Virus record (IMG/VR): IMGVR_UViG_3300029959_000704
Span: 1-64,000 of that record
Origin: a virus
Lineage: Duplodnaviria > Caudoviricetes
Strand: one strand, 5' to 3'
DNA length: 64,000 nt
In this document: one piece after another, positions 1-10,098 of the stretch
Layout: the number at the start of each line of letters is the position of its first letter
How positions within the stretch are numbered: position 1 is the stretch's first letter
The notes under the pieces: generated by a model
What the model was told of the DNA's origin: nothing
Seen by the model: the letters and a program-made list of their open reading frames with translations, nothing else
The model's database searches: none
Position numbers and translations under genes: made by a program

Positions 1-305
1 CTTAATGCATGGTCTGCAGCTTCCCATTTTTCCATAAAAGCTGCAGACCATGCATTAAGATCTGGAGATTTAGTATTCTCTCTAATCTCTTCACGAGTCT
101 CATTAAGTTCTTTAGCGATCTTGCTTGAAAGCCTTTTTACCGGATACACCTTTTCAAACAATTCTGTAGGAATTTCCTTATGAACTATGATAAGGTTATT
201 TAGAGCCCCATTGATATCCAAAATTTCAATTTTTGATTTTAATTGAGCTGGCTTTTCAGCTTTAATTACATTCTCTTCCAATACTTTTTTACTAATCTTT
301 TCCAT
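1..305 (-). CDS. Hypothetical protein, 3'-truncated by the window edge (not in ORF track)
   Basis: Manual translation from ATG at 305 (MEKISKKVLEENVIKAEKPAQL...WEAADHAL) is open to position 1, with an AT-rich upstream region. Confidence 0.7.
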   Translation of the reverse strand, partial: MEKISKKVLEENVIKAEKPAQLKSKIEILDINGALNNLIIVHKEIPTELFEKVYPVKRLSSKIAKELNETREEIRENTKSPDLNAWSAAFMEKWEAADHAL

Positions 306-344
306 GTTATTTATTTTTAATTATTTATGACCTCTAGCAAGTCA

Positions 345-1727
345 TTATAAAATTGGTTCTTGTATAATTCCATATGAATTTAATCTAAAATACCCACATG
401 TTCCTACAGGATCTTCCGGATAACCTTCACTAAGAATATAATATCCTGCAGTTGGGAAATCTAATGATGGAAATTGTCCTGTATATATTTTTAAATCCTC
501 TTGATCTTGATATAAAGTGCCTATTGGATTAATAAATCCATTTGCAACAGCATTATCATAAGCTATAGATTTTCTACTCTCATTAGTAGTACTACTTCCC
601 ATAAATCCATAGTAGTAAATAGGAGCTCTTAATTGAGCTAAATTATATCCACCAGTTGGATTATCAATAGTAGGTTCATCCCAAGCATCAATAAGACCTC
701 CAGCTATAACATGTACATATCCTCTTCTATTATTAAGCACATCTGTAAACATATAATATCCTGGAGCTGCTGGAATAGTCATACCTTGATTTGTAGCTAA
801 CATGGACATACTAGTATTAATGTCAGCAGGATTACCTGTTATAGCATCTTTCCAAATAAGAGTAGTTGTATTAAACCATCTATTGGAACCTAAACTAGTA
901 GCGGCTTCAATAAGAGTTTCTCCAAAAGACACTTCCCTTTCATAGGGCAACATCATTACCTCCCACATTTGCTCATAATAACCACCCTCTTCATTTTCTG
1001 TAAAAATCCTTGTTAAATATTTATTAGGAGCAATTAAAGGATAGTTAAGATCAAGTGGAATAGGAGTTCTATCTAAAGTTCTAACTGTATTAATACCCAT
1101 ACTTTCTTGATATACAGTTGTATAATCAGTTTCTGAATAATTTACAGGATTTTCAGGATGTTCAGTACCATTAGCTCTCATCATGAATCCCCATTTATTC
1201 TGTCCTGAATAAAATGCAGATTCTATAATTGCTGATAATTTTACACCATGATTAATAAGATCTGGCTCCACATTAGGAGAATATGGTCCTAAGGTTATCT
1301 CTCCTATATTATTTAAACCAGCATCATTGAAATATTGATAATATTTTACATTTCCAAGAGCATCTTTTACCATATCAACCATACCAGAATATCTATTCTT
1401 GGTAATAGCATTAAATACTCTGTGATACTTGACATTTGGACCAATAGGATTTCCATCTACATCACATTCAATTTGCCCAATAAAACCGGTAATACCATCT
1501 GCTTTAATAGATTCTAATCTATCTAATTTAAAAATTTTCTTTACTTTAGCTACAGCTGCAGATTGATCGGATCCTACTATATCAGAATCTAAGAAATATC
1601 CATTTCTTCCAGATGTAATCCGGATAAACTTGGCTACTGCAAACTCTCTTTCGATAGGTGTTAAATCTGCTTTAGTTCCACTAAGCCATATATTATATGC
1701 TCCATACGCTGTTTTAGGTGCTCCCAT
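345..1727 (-). CDS. Putative virion/tail-associated protein
   Basis: 460 aa, Tyr/Gly/Asn-rich, located in the tail gene block. No family recognised. Confidence 0.5.
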   Translation of the reverse strand: MGAPKTAYGAYNIWLSGTKADLTPIEREFAVAKFIRITSGRNGYFLDSDIVGSDQSAAVAKVKKIFKLDRLESIKADGITGFIGQIECDVDGNPIGPNVKYHRVFNAITKNRYSGMVDMVKDALGNVKYYQYFNDAGLNNIGEITLGPYSPNVEPDLINHGVKLSAIIESAFYSGQNKWGFMMRANGTEHPENPVNYSETDYTTVYQESMGINTVRTLDRTPIPLDLNYPLIAPNKYLTRIFTENEEGGYYEQMWEVMMLPYEREVSFGETLIEAATSLGSNRWFNTTTLIWKDAITGNPADINTSMSMLATNQGMTIPAAPGYYMFTDVLNNRRGYVHVIAGGLIDAWDEPTIDNPTGGYNLAQLRAPIYYYGFMGSSTTNESRKSIAYDNAVANGFINPIGTLYQDQEDLKIYTGQFPSLDFPTAGYYILSEGYPEDPVGTCGYFRLNSYGIIQEPIL

Positions 1728-1743
1728 AATAAAAAAATTTTTA

Positions 1744-1773
1744 CAAAGTTATTATTTAATTTTTAATTAACAA
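1744..1773 (-). promoter_or_regulatory. Bacteroidota sigma-type promoter
   Basis: TAACTTTG (-7 element, 1751-1744) with a partial -33 (TTG) 19 nt upstream, just before the ATG at 1727. Confidence 0.55.
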
Positions 1774-1800
1774 TAAAATACAACTATTCTTACTATTTTA

Positions 1801-3090
1801 CTAATAATTTAGTGTTATAAACTCTGAATCACTAAATCCAGGATAACCATCCATACCTTGAGTAATCATGTACATTCCTGGTAAGGCTGTATAATTACCT
1901 GCAGAATCTTGATAATATGTGTAATTAGTAGAATTATAATAAATAGAACCTGTTTGTCCACTGTAGTAACAATTATTTTTATCCTCAGTTAAATCAAAAG
2001 TTAGATAATTATAATCTACAAATCCATAATAAGGAACCTCACTTAAAGGTACACTATAAGCAGCTTGACTTACTGTTATATTCACAGAAGATAATTGTCC
2101 AATAGGGTCAGAAACTGTTATAGTGCCAGACCTTGCACCTCCAGAATTAGAAGCAACTGTAAATGTTACTGAACCAGTTCCTTCACCTGTACCTCCTCCT
2201 GTTATAAATGCACCTGAAGCAACTTGTACAGACCATTTTACTGAAGATGTAATATTGACAGTTATATTATTTTGACTAGCACTAACTGAAAAAGATGCTG
2301 GAGATATATTTCTAGTTGTATTTTTATATCTTTCACCCTCTTCTATAATTACTCCATTACTTATTCTTTTGAATCTATAAGTAAGCCAATCTCCTTCTAA
2401 ATCCCAATTCTGCACATAAGTTCCATTAGCCTTAGCACCCCAAGTCCCCATAGCTTGATTAAAAGATACATGCCATTCTCCAGTAGAAGAGTTTTTATAT
2501 ATAGAACCTAGATTAGCTGTCCAACCATTATTAGTATCTAAATAAGATACTATAGAGGCTAAATCTGCATTAACATCACTAGTTTGATAGCAATATGGTC
2601 CCCAAGTTTCTTCTATATATGATGGAACATAAATTTGATAATTACCATCAACAGTTCCATAAGTATTAGTAGTCCAATATGCCCATGCAGAACCTGTATA
2701 GAACATAAAATAACCTACTCCTACAGAGTTATTATTTGTATTGTATAAAGAAGTTCCATTCCTTACTTGAGCAAAAGCAGTCCCATCAAAAGCATAATCA
2801 ACGAATAAAAATGTAGAAAAATCTGCATTGTAAGCATTGTAAGGACTGGAGCCATATTTAAAAGATATAGCTGACCTATATCCCTCATGTGCAGGCAATC
2901 TATTATCTGCTGATAAAGCATAATCTCCATTAAATACTGCATTATACTTGGTAGCAATCTGCCCTTTGTCATAACATCTCTTGTCATCTAATCCAAAGGG
3001 AGATTGTCCAGATTTTAAAGCACCATGTAATTTATTTTCAATTTGACCTCCATCTAGAAGTTCATCATTTCTAGTTATTACTTGTGACAT
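1801..3090 (-). CDS. BACON-domain virion protein
   Basis: Segment ISPASFSVSASQNNITVNITSSVKWSV...GSVTFTVASNSGGARSGTITVS...ITVSQAA matches the BACON Ig-like pattern (W, N-x-x-x-x-R-x-G-T-I-T-V, terminal Q). Confidence 0.8.
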   Translation of the reverse strand: MSQVITRNDELLDGGQIENKLHGALKSGQSPFGLDDKRCYDKGQIATKYNAVFNGDYALSADNRLPAHEGYRSAISFKYGSSPYNAYNADFSTFLFVDYAFDGTAFAQVRNGTSLYNTNNNSVGVGYFMFYTGSAWAYWTTNTYGTVDGNYQIYVPSYIEETWGPYCYQTSDVNADLASIVSYLDTNNGWTANLGSIYKNSSTGEWHVSFNQAMGTWGAKANGTYVQNWDLEGDWLTYRFKRISNGVIIEEGERYKNTTRNISPASFSVSASQNNITVNITSSVKWSVQVASGAFITGGGTGEGTGSVTFTVASNSGGARSGTITVSDPIGQLSSVNITVSQAAYSVPLSEVPYYGFVDYNYLTFDLTEDKNNCYYSGQTGSIYYNSTNYTYYQDSAGNYTALPGMYMITQGMDGYPGFSDSEFITLNY

Positions 3091-6000
3091 AATTGTGCTC
3101 TTAATTGTTTAACTTCTAATTCTAATTCAAATACTTTTTTAGCTAAAGAATCTTGCCTTTGTGCTAATTCTTGAATAGCTTTAATAGCTATTACACCTAT
3201 TCTTGGATATTCCAAAGCTAAATAACCTTTAGAATCCTTACCAACCAAAGGATTGAAGTACTGTTCAAATTCTTGAGCTGACATACCAAGAATAATTTTT
3301 GAACCACCTTTCTCAGTGTAATAGAATGTCTTAAAGTTTTTAATAGTATCCAATACATTACCTAACGGCTGAATTACATTTTTCAACCTCATATCTGAGG
3401 TATGGTAAAAAGCGGCTGCTGATAATCCACCAGAATCTGATAAATACATTTTTGCGGAAGTATTAAATCTCAGTTCAAGAGTAGTTCCATTAGGTATAGC
3501 TTCCCAGTTGTCTCCGATTTTTACGGAAGATGCAGACCAGCTTATATCGGTTCTATTAGCATTCCCTGCGTGATACATTATATTTGAGTTAAAATATATA
3601 TTAGCTAAAGTATAAGGTATTGCTAATCCATTAGAAGGAATCGTACTAGCACTCTCAGAGCCTCCTTTTACCATACACCAAGTATCTGCTGGGTTCACCC
3701 CAATTAACCACTGTCCAGACTGCGTTCCTGTTGTGTTTGCTGTATTTACCTTAAATTGCACATTAGACCACCCGCTATAAGCCCCAATTCTAATTCCCTC
3801 TGAATACGAACCCGTAGTTGGTTGAATAGTGAGTAGGCCATTAAAATACCCTGTACCATTTACCTTTAGTTTGTGATTTATACTTCCCGAATATCCTATT
3901 GCTACATTTCCACCTAAAGGTTGAAATATGAGGTCATAAATTGACTGTCCTCCATCAAATCTTTGTGATTGAAACCATGTATTTCCATCTCCTGTAACTC
4001 CGATTGCTGTACCATAAGAAAAGTATCCCGAAACCCCAAGAGACATACTTGAAATACTACCTAGAGATGGAGATGTAAGTGCATCACCTATAATTGAACC
4101 ACTCCTACCTTTAAAGTAAGAAGTTGTCTCGATTACACCACTACTCCATAAACCATCTCTAAAGTAAGCGTTTCCCGCTACTGCAAACTTTTCACTTCTT
4201 CCAAAATATCCAACTCCTACATTACCATTACCAATATTAAGAGTGCCCATATAATCTGTGCTTGCAGACCTTGTTCCAAATGATAGGTGAGCATAGCCCA
4301 ACCCCTCCTGCCTTATCCCTATGTAAGCAGAATAAACAGAGGGTTCTAGGTGAGTTAATATAAGAGATTTTGGGCTATCATAAGTTCCTCCTCCCGAAAT
4401 ATATGTACTGCCGCCACTAATTGAAATCGGACTATTCCCAAACGCCCCACTTGTCTTATAAGGGATATATCCTGTTGAAAGGTTAGTGAAAGTTGCGTTG
4501 GTGGCTTGGATAGTTGAGGCAAAAGTGGCTGAGTTATTCGCTTTTGATATAGTTAAAGCATCTGTGCCTGTACCTTCATTATAAATTATGTAGTTATTTG
4601 AGGAGAGGTTTTCCCTCATTCCTACGAACCATTGATACTCATTCGCCGTCCAATAGTTTATGCCACAGTAATTATTTGTAGCAGCCCTATTAAAAATTAA
4701 TCCGGTTGTATTCCTATCAATTTGTATTCTTCCATTAATTTTTATGCTTGCTGATTGAGCGACAGAATCTTGATTTTGTATATAATTAGCAGAACCACTT
4801 GAGGGGGCGGCGTAGGAGGTATAGTTGCCGGCATGTAGTACTGCTTGGTAACTGGCCCCGTTATAAACCCTTAAATCAATCCCACTATCTGCTCCAGTAG
4901 CATTTTTCGAATAAAATCGTAACTGGTTGGCGGCGTAGTGATAGTACTGAGCGGCCCTTGCAATATCATTGTCCTCAGCATATAAAAACGCGTCGGAGTA
5001 GGCCAACTCCCACCGTAATTTACTTGCTTGAAATAACCGTAATTTTCCGCTTAAGTCCCCCCCACTCAAAGGCAAATAAGCAGTTGAGGTGTAAGCATTA
5101 GAGCCTAGACCTAAATCAGATTTGATGGTTGCTATGTTGCCTGTGTGGTAAAGTTTAGCTCTCCAACTTATGTTATCACTATAACCACCACCAATAGTTG
5201 CGTTAGGTGTACTATAATCTAATGCTAAGAATCCGTGAGTATCGCTGCCAGCCCAAACAATAGCTGTACCGTAAGAACTGTTATATCCTGAAAGAAGTGT
5301 TGGTACATCATCCCATCTCCAAGCCTTAATTTGCCAACCAATTGTTGCTGCACCAAAAATGCTTGTTCTAAAATTAGTAGTTGCTACAGTGCTAGTTAGA
5401 GCCGAAAGCCCATCGGATAATAAGTAAAGACCACCAACAGGAATATAAGTTCCATTGTGATTATGACTTGTTAAAGCGTAAGAATTATTATCGTAACTCA
5501 CACCAGTACCATTCATACGAACTAATCCTGTGCCGTTGAGTTGATTTTGTTTTGTAGCTAAAGCATCAGCAAGGTCTACAACCTCTGTCATATCTACAAA
5601 ACTGTTGTACCACTTGCCAGTAGATGCATTATACATCATTACATGGCCTGATTGAAGACCTGTAAATGTAGTATCCATGATATGGGACATATAAGTAGAA
5701 TGAGGATTTCCTGTTAATAAAGAATGAGCATATCCAGCCTGATAATTAGTTTTCTCTGTAAGAGTTATATGTAGGAAATTATTATCTCCATTTAAAGCTC
5801 TTAATTGAGAGTGTCTAATTCTATTTGGGTTATTAAGATATGCTGCATATCCATCACCTAATTGATAAGTGATATTTACAATCCCAACATGTGTTGTTCT
5901 AACAAGAATTCTAGCACCCATTCTATCTGTAGGGCTTACATCAAAAATAGGTTGTGTAGAATCAAATTTTATATAACCGTTAGCAGTATTGTTTATGTCA

Positions 6001-9000
6001 GAACTCCAAGAAGTAAATAAGTTAGTTTCTACACCATTAGTAGCTCTTTTAAAGTATTGTACTCCTATTTGAGTAATACCTACAGCAATATCTACATTTC
6101 CATAAAATGCAAATGACCATAAACCACCAGGAAAGTCCTCTACATCAACTCCTGTTGGATAAAGGTAAGTAGCTACCAATTTATCTCCATCAGTAACTTG
6201 TACTGCTGTAGAAACATTAGTAGTAGTTGAGTCTGCATTATAACTAAGAGTATAATATCCTCCTATATCAGAAGGAATACTTGAGAAATACAAGTTATTA
6301 GCAAAACCTCCTACAGGTGGTTCCATCAATTGGAATGTATTATCATCTCTTAAAAATCTACCCTCAGTTGTTTCTACAAAAGCAAGAGCATTCTGTTTAG
6401 CATTCCAAGTTGAAATATATGTAGGAGTAAGAAATTTTCTATCAACTGTTTCAAGAACTCTATCTGCACCAAGACTTCCTTGAATAAAACTAAAGTCAAT
6501 TAATCCATTAGTAAATTCTCCAAGAGCATTGCTATAATAAAGTAATTGTTTATCTGCTCTTGCAATAAGAGTTACATCTGATAAATCATTTAAACTTCCT
6601 ACAGTACCGGCCTCTGGATCTACTACAGAATAACCATTCTCTAATGCATAAATACTTACTGCATTATTAGGAATACCTGCATAAGCTACTTTAGGAATTA
6701 AAATAGCTCCCATTGACAAGATACCATTTCCAGTAAGATGTCCTACATCAACTAGATCACCTGACACATTGGCAGTTCCATCAAAAGATTTACCCCATAA
6801 TGTTCTAGGAGTAAATAATTTAGTTGCTGACAATACATTTTTTAAACTATCAGCTGTATTATCAACATTAGATAATCCTACATCTGATTTAGTAAGAGTG
6901 ACGGCTCCAATTCTCCCATTAACAGAAGTTACTGCATCAGTATTATCTACTTTTGCCCATCCTGCAGCTCCATTAGAAATTAACCAGTCTCCTACTTTAA
7001 GTTCTATTCCAGAAACTGTTATATCTGCTTGTGCTATAAAATAGTATCCAGAATAATCTGTAGCTGATAGAGTATTAATATTTAATCCATTAAGAGCAGC
7101 TACTGGAGATGTTATAAGTCCATTGACATCGAAAGTGCCTCCCCATTTTACTTGACCTAAAATAGAGTCTGGTATAAATGCATAATCAATTTTTCCTGTA
7201 AGATTTAAACCTACATATCCACCTGGTTGATTTTTATTAGCTGCATCTTCTTTAGCATTCCAAAATGCTATTTGAGAATCACTTACAAATCTGGTTGTAT
7301 TAGTAGTAGTTATCCTAGATGAATCCAGATTACCTGAAATCATATTGAATAGTAATGGTCCATTTACATAAGCAGAGTTAATAAGATTATAATAAAGTAT
7401 ATCATTTTGATTTGGAAGTACATTAATTACATCTAATAAATCATTAAGTACTGTAACAGCAGTTCCTCCACCAGGCTCTTCTAAACTATATCCATTTTCT
7501 AACGCAAATAACCCAACCTCATTGTTTAGTAAATCTACCGGTAGTTCTTTTGGAATTGATAAAGATTTAGATCTTAATACTCTAGCTTTCCAATCTACAG
7601 TAAATAAATTAGAATTAGCATCATGCCAGTATTTGCTAGCGTCTATTCCACCAAGTTTCTCAGAGTCAGCTGCTAAATTTACTTTTACATTTTTAATTGT
7701 ATTTTCATCATAATTCCATTTAGCATTCCATTCAGCTATTTGAGTAATAGTTACAAACCTCCTTAAGTCATTAGTAGCTACTAAATCAGCACTTAAAGAA
7801 TCCCCAAACATGTTAAAACTCAATGTTTTATTTATCCATTTTTGAGTAGCAAATACATATAAAAGAGCTTGATTTTCTAGAGGAGTATCTATTAATACAT
7901 CTTCTAAACCAATAAGAGTTCCAGAACTTCCTTGTGGATCTACTAATGTGTAGCCATTCTCTGTAGCATAAATTGCAACCTCATTGTTTTCTAATGCTAT
8001 AGGTTCATCTTTAGGAATTAGTAATACATTTGATTTTAATCTATCCGCAGTTAAATCTAAAGGGGTTCCATTATCAAGACCGAATTTTGGATGATATTTT
8101 GATAATGCTTCAGTCTTTGTAAGGTAATTCGACATATTTAAATTACCTAAGAGAGTATCTACTTCTCCTTTATTATAAATAGATTCATTAGAGAATATAC
8201 CATTACGATACATAATAGTTTGTCCATTCAACCAAGTAAGAGCACTTATATCAGATAAGTCTGCAAATTCTGAAATTGAAGTTTCCGGATCAACTATCGA
8301 ATATCCATTTTCTTTAGCAAATATAGCTACTCCAGCATCAGGAGGAATAAATTCTCCTGTTGGAATAAACAATACTTTACTATATAATCTTCTAGCTCTA
8401 AAATCAATCAAATCACTACCCCCATAAGGATGATAATTTGTTGATAATCCTAAAAATAAAGTATCTACTTGATCCTTAGTGTATGCTGGTTTATTAACGA
8501 AGTTAAGACCTTCTTTAAATAAACTATCTCCATTAGCTTGATTGGCTAATAATACATCGTCTAAATCATCTAAAATTGATACACCCCCAGCACCTGGGTC
8601 TTCAAGAGTGTAACCATTTTCCAGAGCGTATATACCTACTTCATTATTTGCAATAGTAGGAACTGTCTTTGGTAAAAGTAAATTTACTGATTTGAGAGTT
8701 TTAGCTGTTAAATCAAGATTAATATTACCTTTATATGGATGAAATGTTCCTGAAATAGATAATATTGTATTTTTATATTTTTGAGTAGCTTTATCCCATA
8801 TGATAGCAGCTCCATCTTCCGGATCTGCTGTAAGAGCTTCATCAAGCTCTCTCATTTTTAATTGTACATTAGCTACTCCATTTTGATCCATTACTAAAGT
8901 AGAACCTAATTTAATACCTCCGAAAGAGGTAGAAGTAGCTGCTGGTATATATTTAGGTAAGATTACTCCAAAAGCATCAGCTCCTGGTAATTTAATAGTC

Positions 9001-9512
9001 TCTAGTTCAGGTAATAAAGAGTCGTCTATTTTATTACTAATAGAAGTCTCTAAACTATTTAAGGTTTCTTGTAGGTTATTAACATCTTCAATATAAATTT
9101 CAGGTAAGGAATCTCCAAATCCATAAATAGCCCAGAGAGCTGGAGCTGAAAATACACTCCAAATATTATTAGATTTGACTCTCATACATACCCATTCATA
9201 CTTTGCTACAGCTGTTACTCCTAAAGGTCTATTACTCCAAGTTTCTGGAATAGCATCTCCTGTTGATTCAGGTGTAATAGGGGCTATTGAATCAGCAGTT
9301 CTTTTAAAAATAAATTGAGGAGTATCTCCTGATACACCATCATCCCCTTTAGGTCCATGACTTAAAGATTCTAACCACTCCTCTTCAGTACCTTCAAACC
9401 CGTTATTTAAAGCAATTTGATATGCTGAATCTCCCTGAGGCCCTTTTATCATAGGGATGGTTTGCCAAACTAAGTCTGACTTTACTTTAATAGCTATTAG
9501 ACAAATATGCAT
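3078..9512 (-). CDS. Long tail fibre/spike with C-terminal peptidase S74 intramolecular chaperone
   Basis: 2144 aa. N-terminal KGPQGDSAYQIALNNGFEGTEEEWL motif, five internal ENGY repeats, and C-terminal SDMRLK...GMSAQE...LEYPRIGVIAIKAIQEL plus coiled coil. Start codon uncertain. Confidence 0.88.
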   Translation of the reverse strand: MHICLIAIKVKSDLVWQTIPMIKGPQGDSAYQIALNNGFEGTEEEWLESLSHGPKGDDGVSGDTPQFIFKRTADSIAPITPESTGDAIPETWSNRPLGVTAVAKYEWVCMRVKSNNIWSVFSAPALWAIYGFGDSLPEIYIEDVNNLQETLNSLETSISNKIDDSLLPELETIKLPGADAFGVILPKYIPAATSTSFGGIKLGSTLVMDQNGVANVQLKMRELDEALTADPEDGAAIIWDKATQKYKNTILSISGTFHPYKGNINLDLTAKTLKSVNLLLPKTVPTIANNEVGIYALENGYTLEDPGAGGVSILDDLDDVLLANQANGDSLFKEGLNFVNKPAYTKDQVDTLFLGLSTNYHPYGGSDLIDFRARRLYSKVLFIPTGEFIPPDAGVAIFAKENGYSIVDPETSISEFADLSDISALTWLNGQTIMYRNGIFSNESIYNKGEVDTLLGNLNMSNYLTKTEALSKYHPKFGLDNGTPLDLTADRLKSNVLLIPKDEPIALENNEVAIYATENGYTLVDPQGSSGTLIGLEDVLIDTPLENQALLYVFATQKWINKTLSFNMFGDSLSADLVATNDLRRFVTITQIAEWNAKWNYDENTIKNVKVNLAADSEKLGGIDASKYWHDANSNLFTVDWKARVLRSKSLSIPKELPVDLLNNEVGLFALENGYSLEEPGGGTAVTVLNDLLDVINVLPNQNDILYYNLINSAYVNGPLLFNMISGNLDSSRITTTNTTRFVSDSQIAFWNAKEDAANKNQPGGYVGLNLTGKIDYAFIPDSILGQVKWGGTFDVNGLITSPVAALNGLNINTLSATDYSGYYFIAQADITVSGIELKVGDWLISNGAAGWAKVDNTDAVTSVNGRIGAVTLTKSDVGLSNVDNTADSLKNVLSATKLFTPRTLWGKSFDGTANVSGDLVDVGHLTGNGILSMGAILIPKVAYAGIPNNAVSIYALENGYSVVDPEAGTVGSLNDLSDVTLIARADKQLLYYSNALGEFTNGLIDFSFIQGSLGADRVLETVDRKFLTPTYISTWNAKQNALAFVETTEGRFLRDDNTFQLMEPPVGGFANNLYFSSIPSDIGGYYTLSYNADSTTTNVSTAVQVTDGDKLVATYLYPTGVDVEDFPGGLWSFAFYGNVDIAVGITQIGVQYFKRATNGVETNLFTSWSSDINNTANGYIKFDSTQPIFDVSPTDRMGARILVRTTHVGIVNITYQLGDGYAAYLNNPNRIRHSQLRALNGDNNFLHITLTEKTNYQAGYAHSLLTGNPHSTYMSHIMDTTFTGLQSGHVMMYNASTGKWYNSFVDMTEVVDLADALATKQNQLNGTGLVRMNGTGVSYDNNSYALTSHNHNGTYIPVGGLYLLSDGLSALTSTVATTNFRTSIFGAATIGWQIKAWRWDDVPTLLSGYNSSYGTAIVWAGSDTHGFLALDYSTPNATIGGGYSDNISWRAKLYHTGNIATIKSDLGLGSNAYTSTAYLPLSGGDLSGKLRLFQASKLRWELAYSDAFLYAEDNDIARAAQYYHYAANQLRFYSKNATGADSGIDLRVYNGASYQAVLHAGNYTSYAAPSSGSANYIQNQDSVAQSASIKINGRIQIDRNTTGLIFNRAATNNYCGINYWTANEYQWFVGMRENLSSNNYIIYNEGTGTDALTISKANNSATFASTIQATNATFTNLSTGYIPYKTSGAFGNSPISISGGSTYISGGGTYDSPKSLILTHLEPSVYSAYIGIRQEGLGYAHLSFGTRSASTDYMGTLNIGNGNVGVGYFGRSEKFAVAGNAYFRDGLWSSGVIETTSYFKGRSGSIIGDALTSPSLGSISSMSLGVSGYFSYGTAIGVTGDGNTWFQSQRFDGGQSIYDLIFQPLGGNVAIGYSGSINHKLKVNGTGYFNGLLTIQPTTGSYSEGIRIGAYSGWSNVQFKVNTANTTGTQSGQWLIGVNPADTWCMVKGGSESASTIPSNGLAIPYTLANIYFNSNIMYHAGNANRTDISWSASSVKIGDNWEAIPNGTTLELRFNTSAKMYLSDSGGLSAAAFYHTSDMRLKNVIQPLGNVLDTIKNFKTFYYTEKGGSKIILGMSAQEFEQYFNPLVGKDSKGYLALEYPRIGVIAIKAIQELAQRQDSLAKKVFELELEVKQLRAQLCHK

Positions 9513-9531
9513 GGTATGTTATATTAGCTTG

Positions 9532-10098
9532 TTAGTTCTGTAGCAATAATAGCCACTCTTCTTCTGTTCCTGTAAAACCATTAATTTGAGCCACTTGATA
9601 AGCAGACAAACCTTGATCTCCTTTATCTCCTTTAAGACTATCCAGGAAGTCTTGTACAGTTCCGGAATTTCCTGCATCTAACCAAAGTTGGTATAGAGAA
9701 TTTTGTTGTACTTTTTGATCAACATATTCTTTTAATGCATCTAAAGCATCTGTTACAGCTTTTTGACTTATTGCATTTACAGGATCTGTTCCTAATGAAT
9801 TTTTAATTTCCAGTATTGTACCAGGAGCTTCATCCGGATCTACCCAGACTAATACATCTTCATCTGCAGGTTCTGCATTTTGCATTACTACACCTGATGG
9901 ACCAGTATCTCCTTTGGTACCTACAAGAGGTTGCCAAGTTCCTGAGTTATCTCCTTTATCAATCCATACTAAAAATTGCACTCCTTGCTCAATAGAGGTT
10001 GGAAGTTTTAACCATAATACATTAGTTGTATTTTGTGGTGGGGGAACTGAGTCTACCCAAACTTCTCCAAGGCCTGATATATATCTATATAATCCCAT
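9532..10098 (-). CDS. Collagen-like tail fibre accessory protein
   Basis: GTKGDTGPSG and KGDKGDQG triplets and the SAYQVAQINGFTGTEEEWL motif; lies between portal and tail fibre. Confidence 0.65.
   Translation of the reverse strand: MGLYRYISGLGEVWVDSVPPPQNTTNVLWLKLPTSIEQGVQFLVWIDKGDNSGTWQPLVGTKGDTGPSGVVMQNAEPADEDVLVWVDPDEAPGTILEIKNSLGTDPVNAISQKAVTDALDALKEYVDQKVQQNSLYQLWLDAGNSGTVQDFLDSLKGDKGDQGLSAYQVAQINGFTGTEEEWLLLLQN

Noticed and set aside
3078-9512. Diversity-generating retroelement acting on the tail fibre
   Set aside because: No reverse transcriptase in the window and no near-identical template/variable repeat pair seen. One outside the window cannot be excluded.
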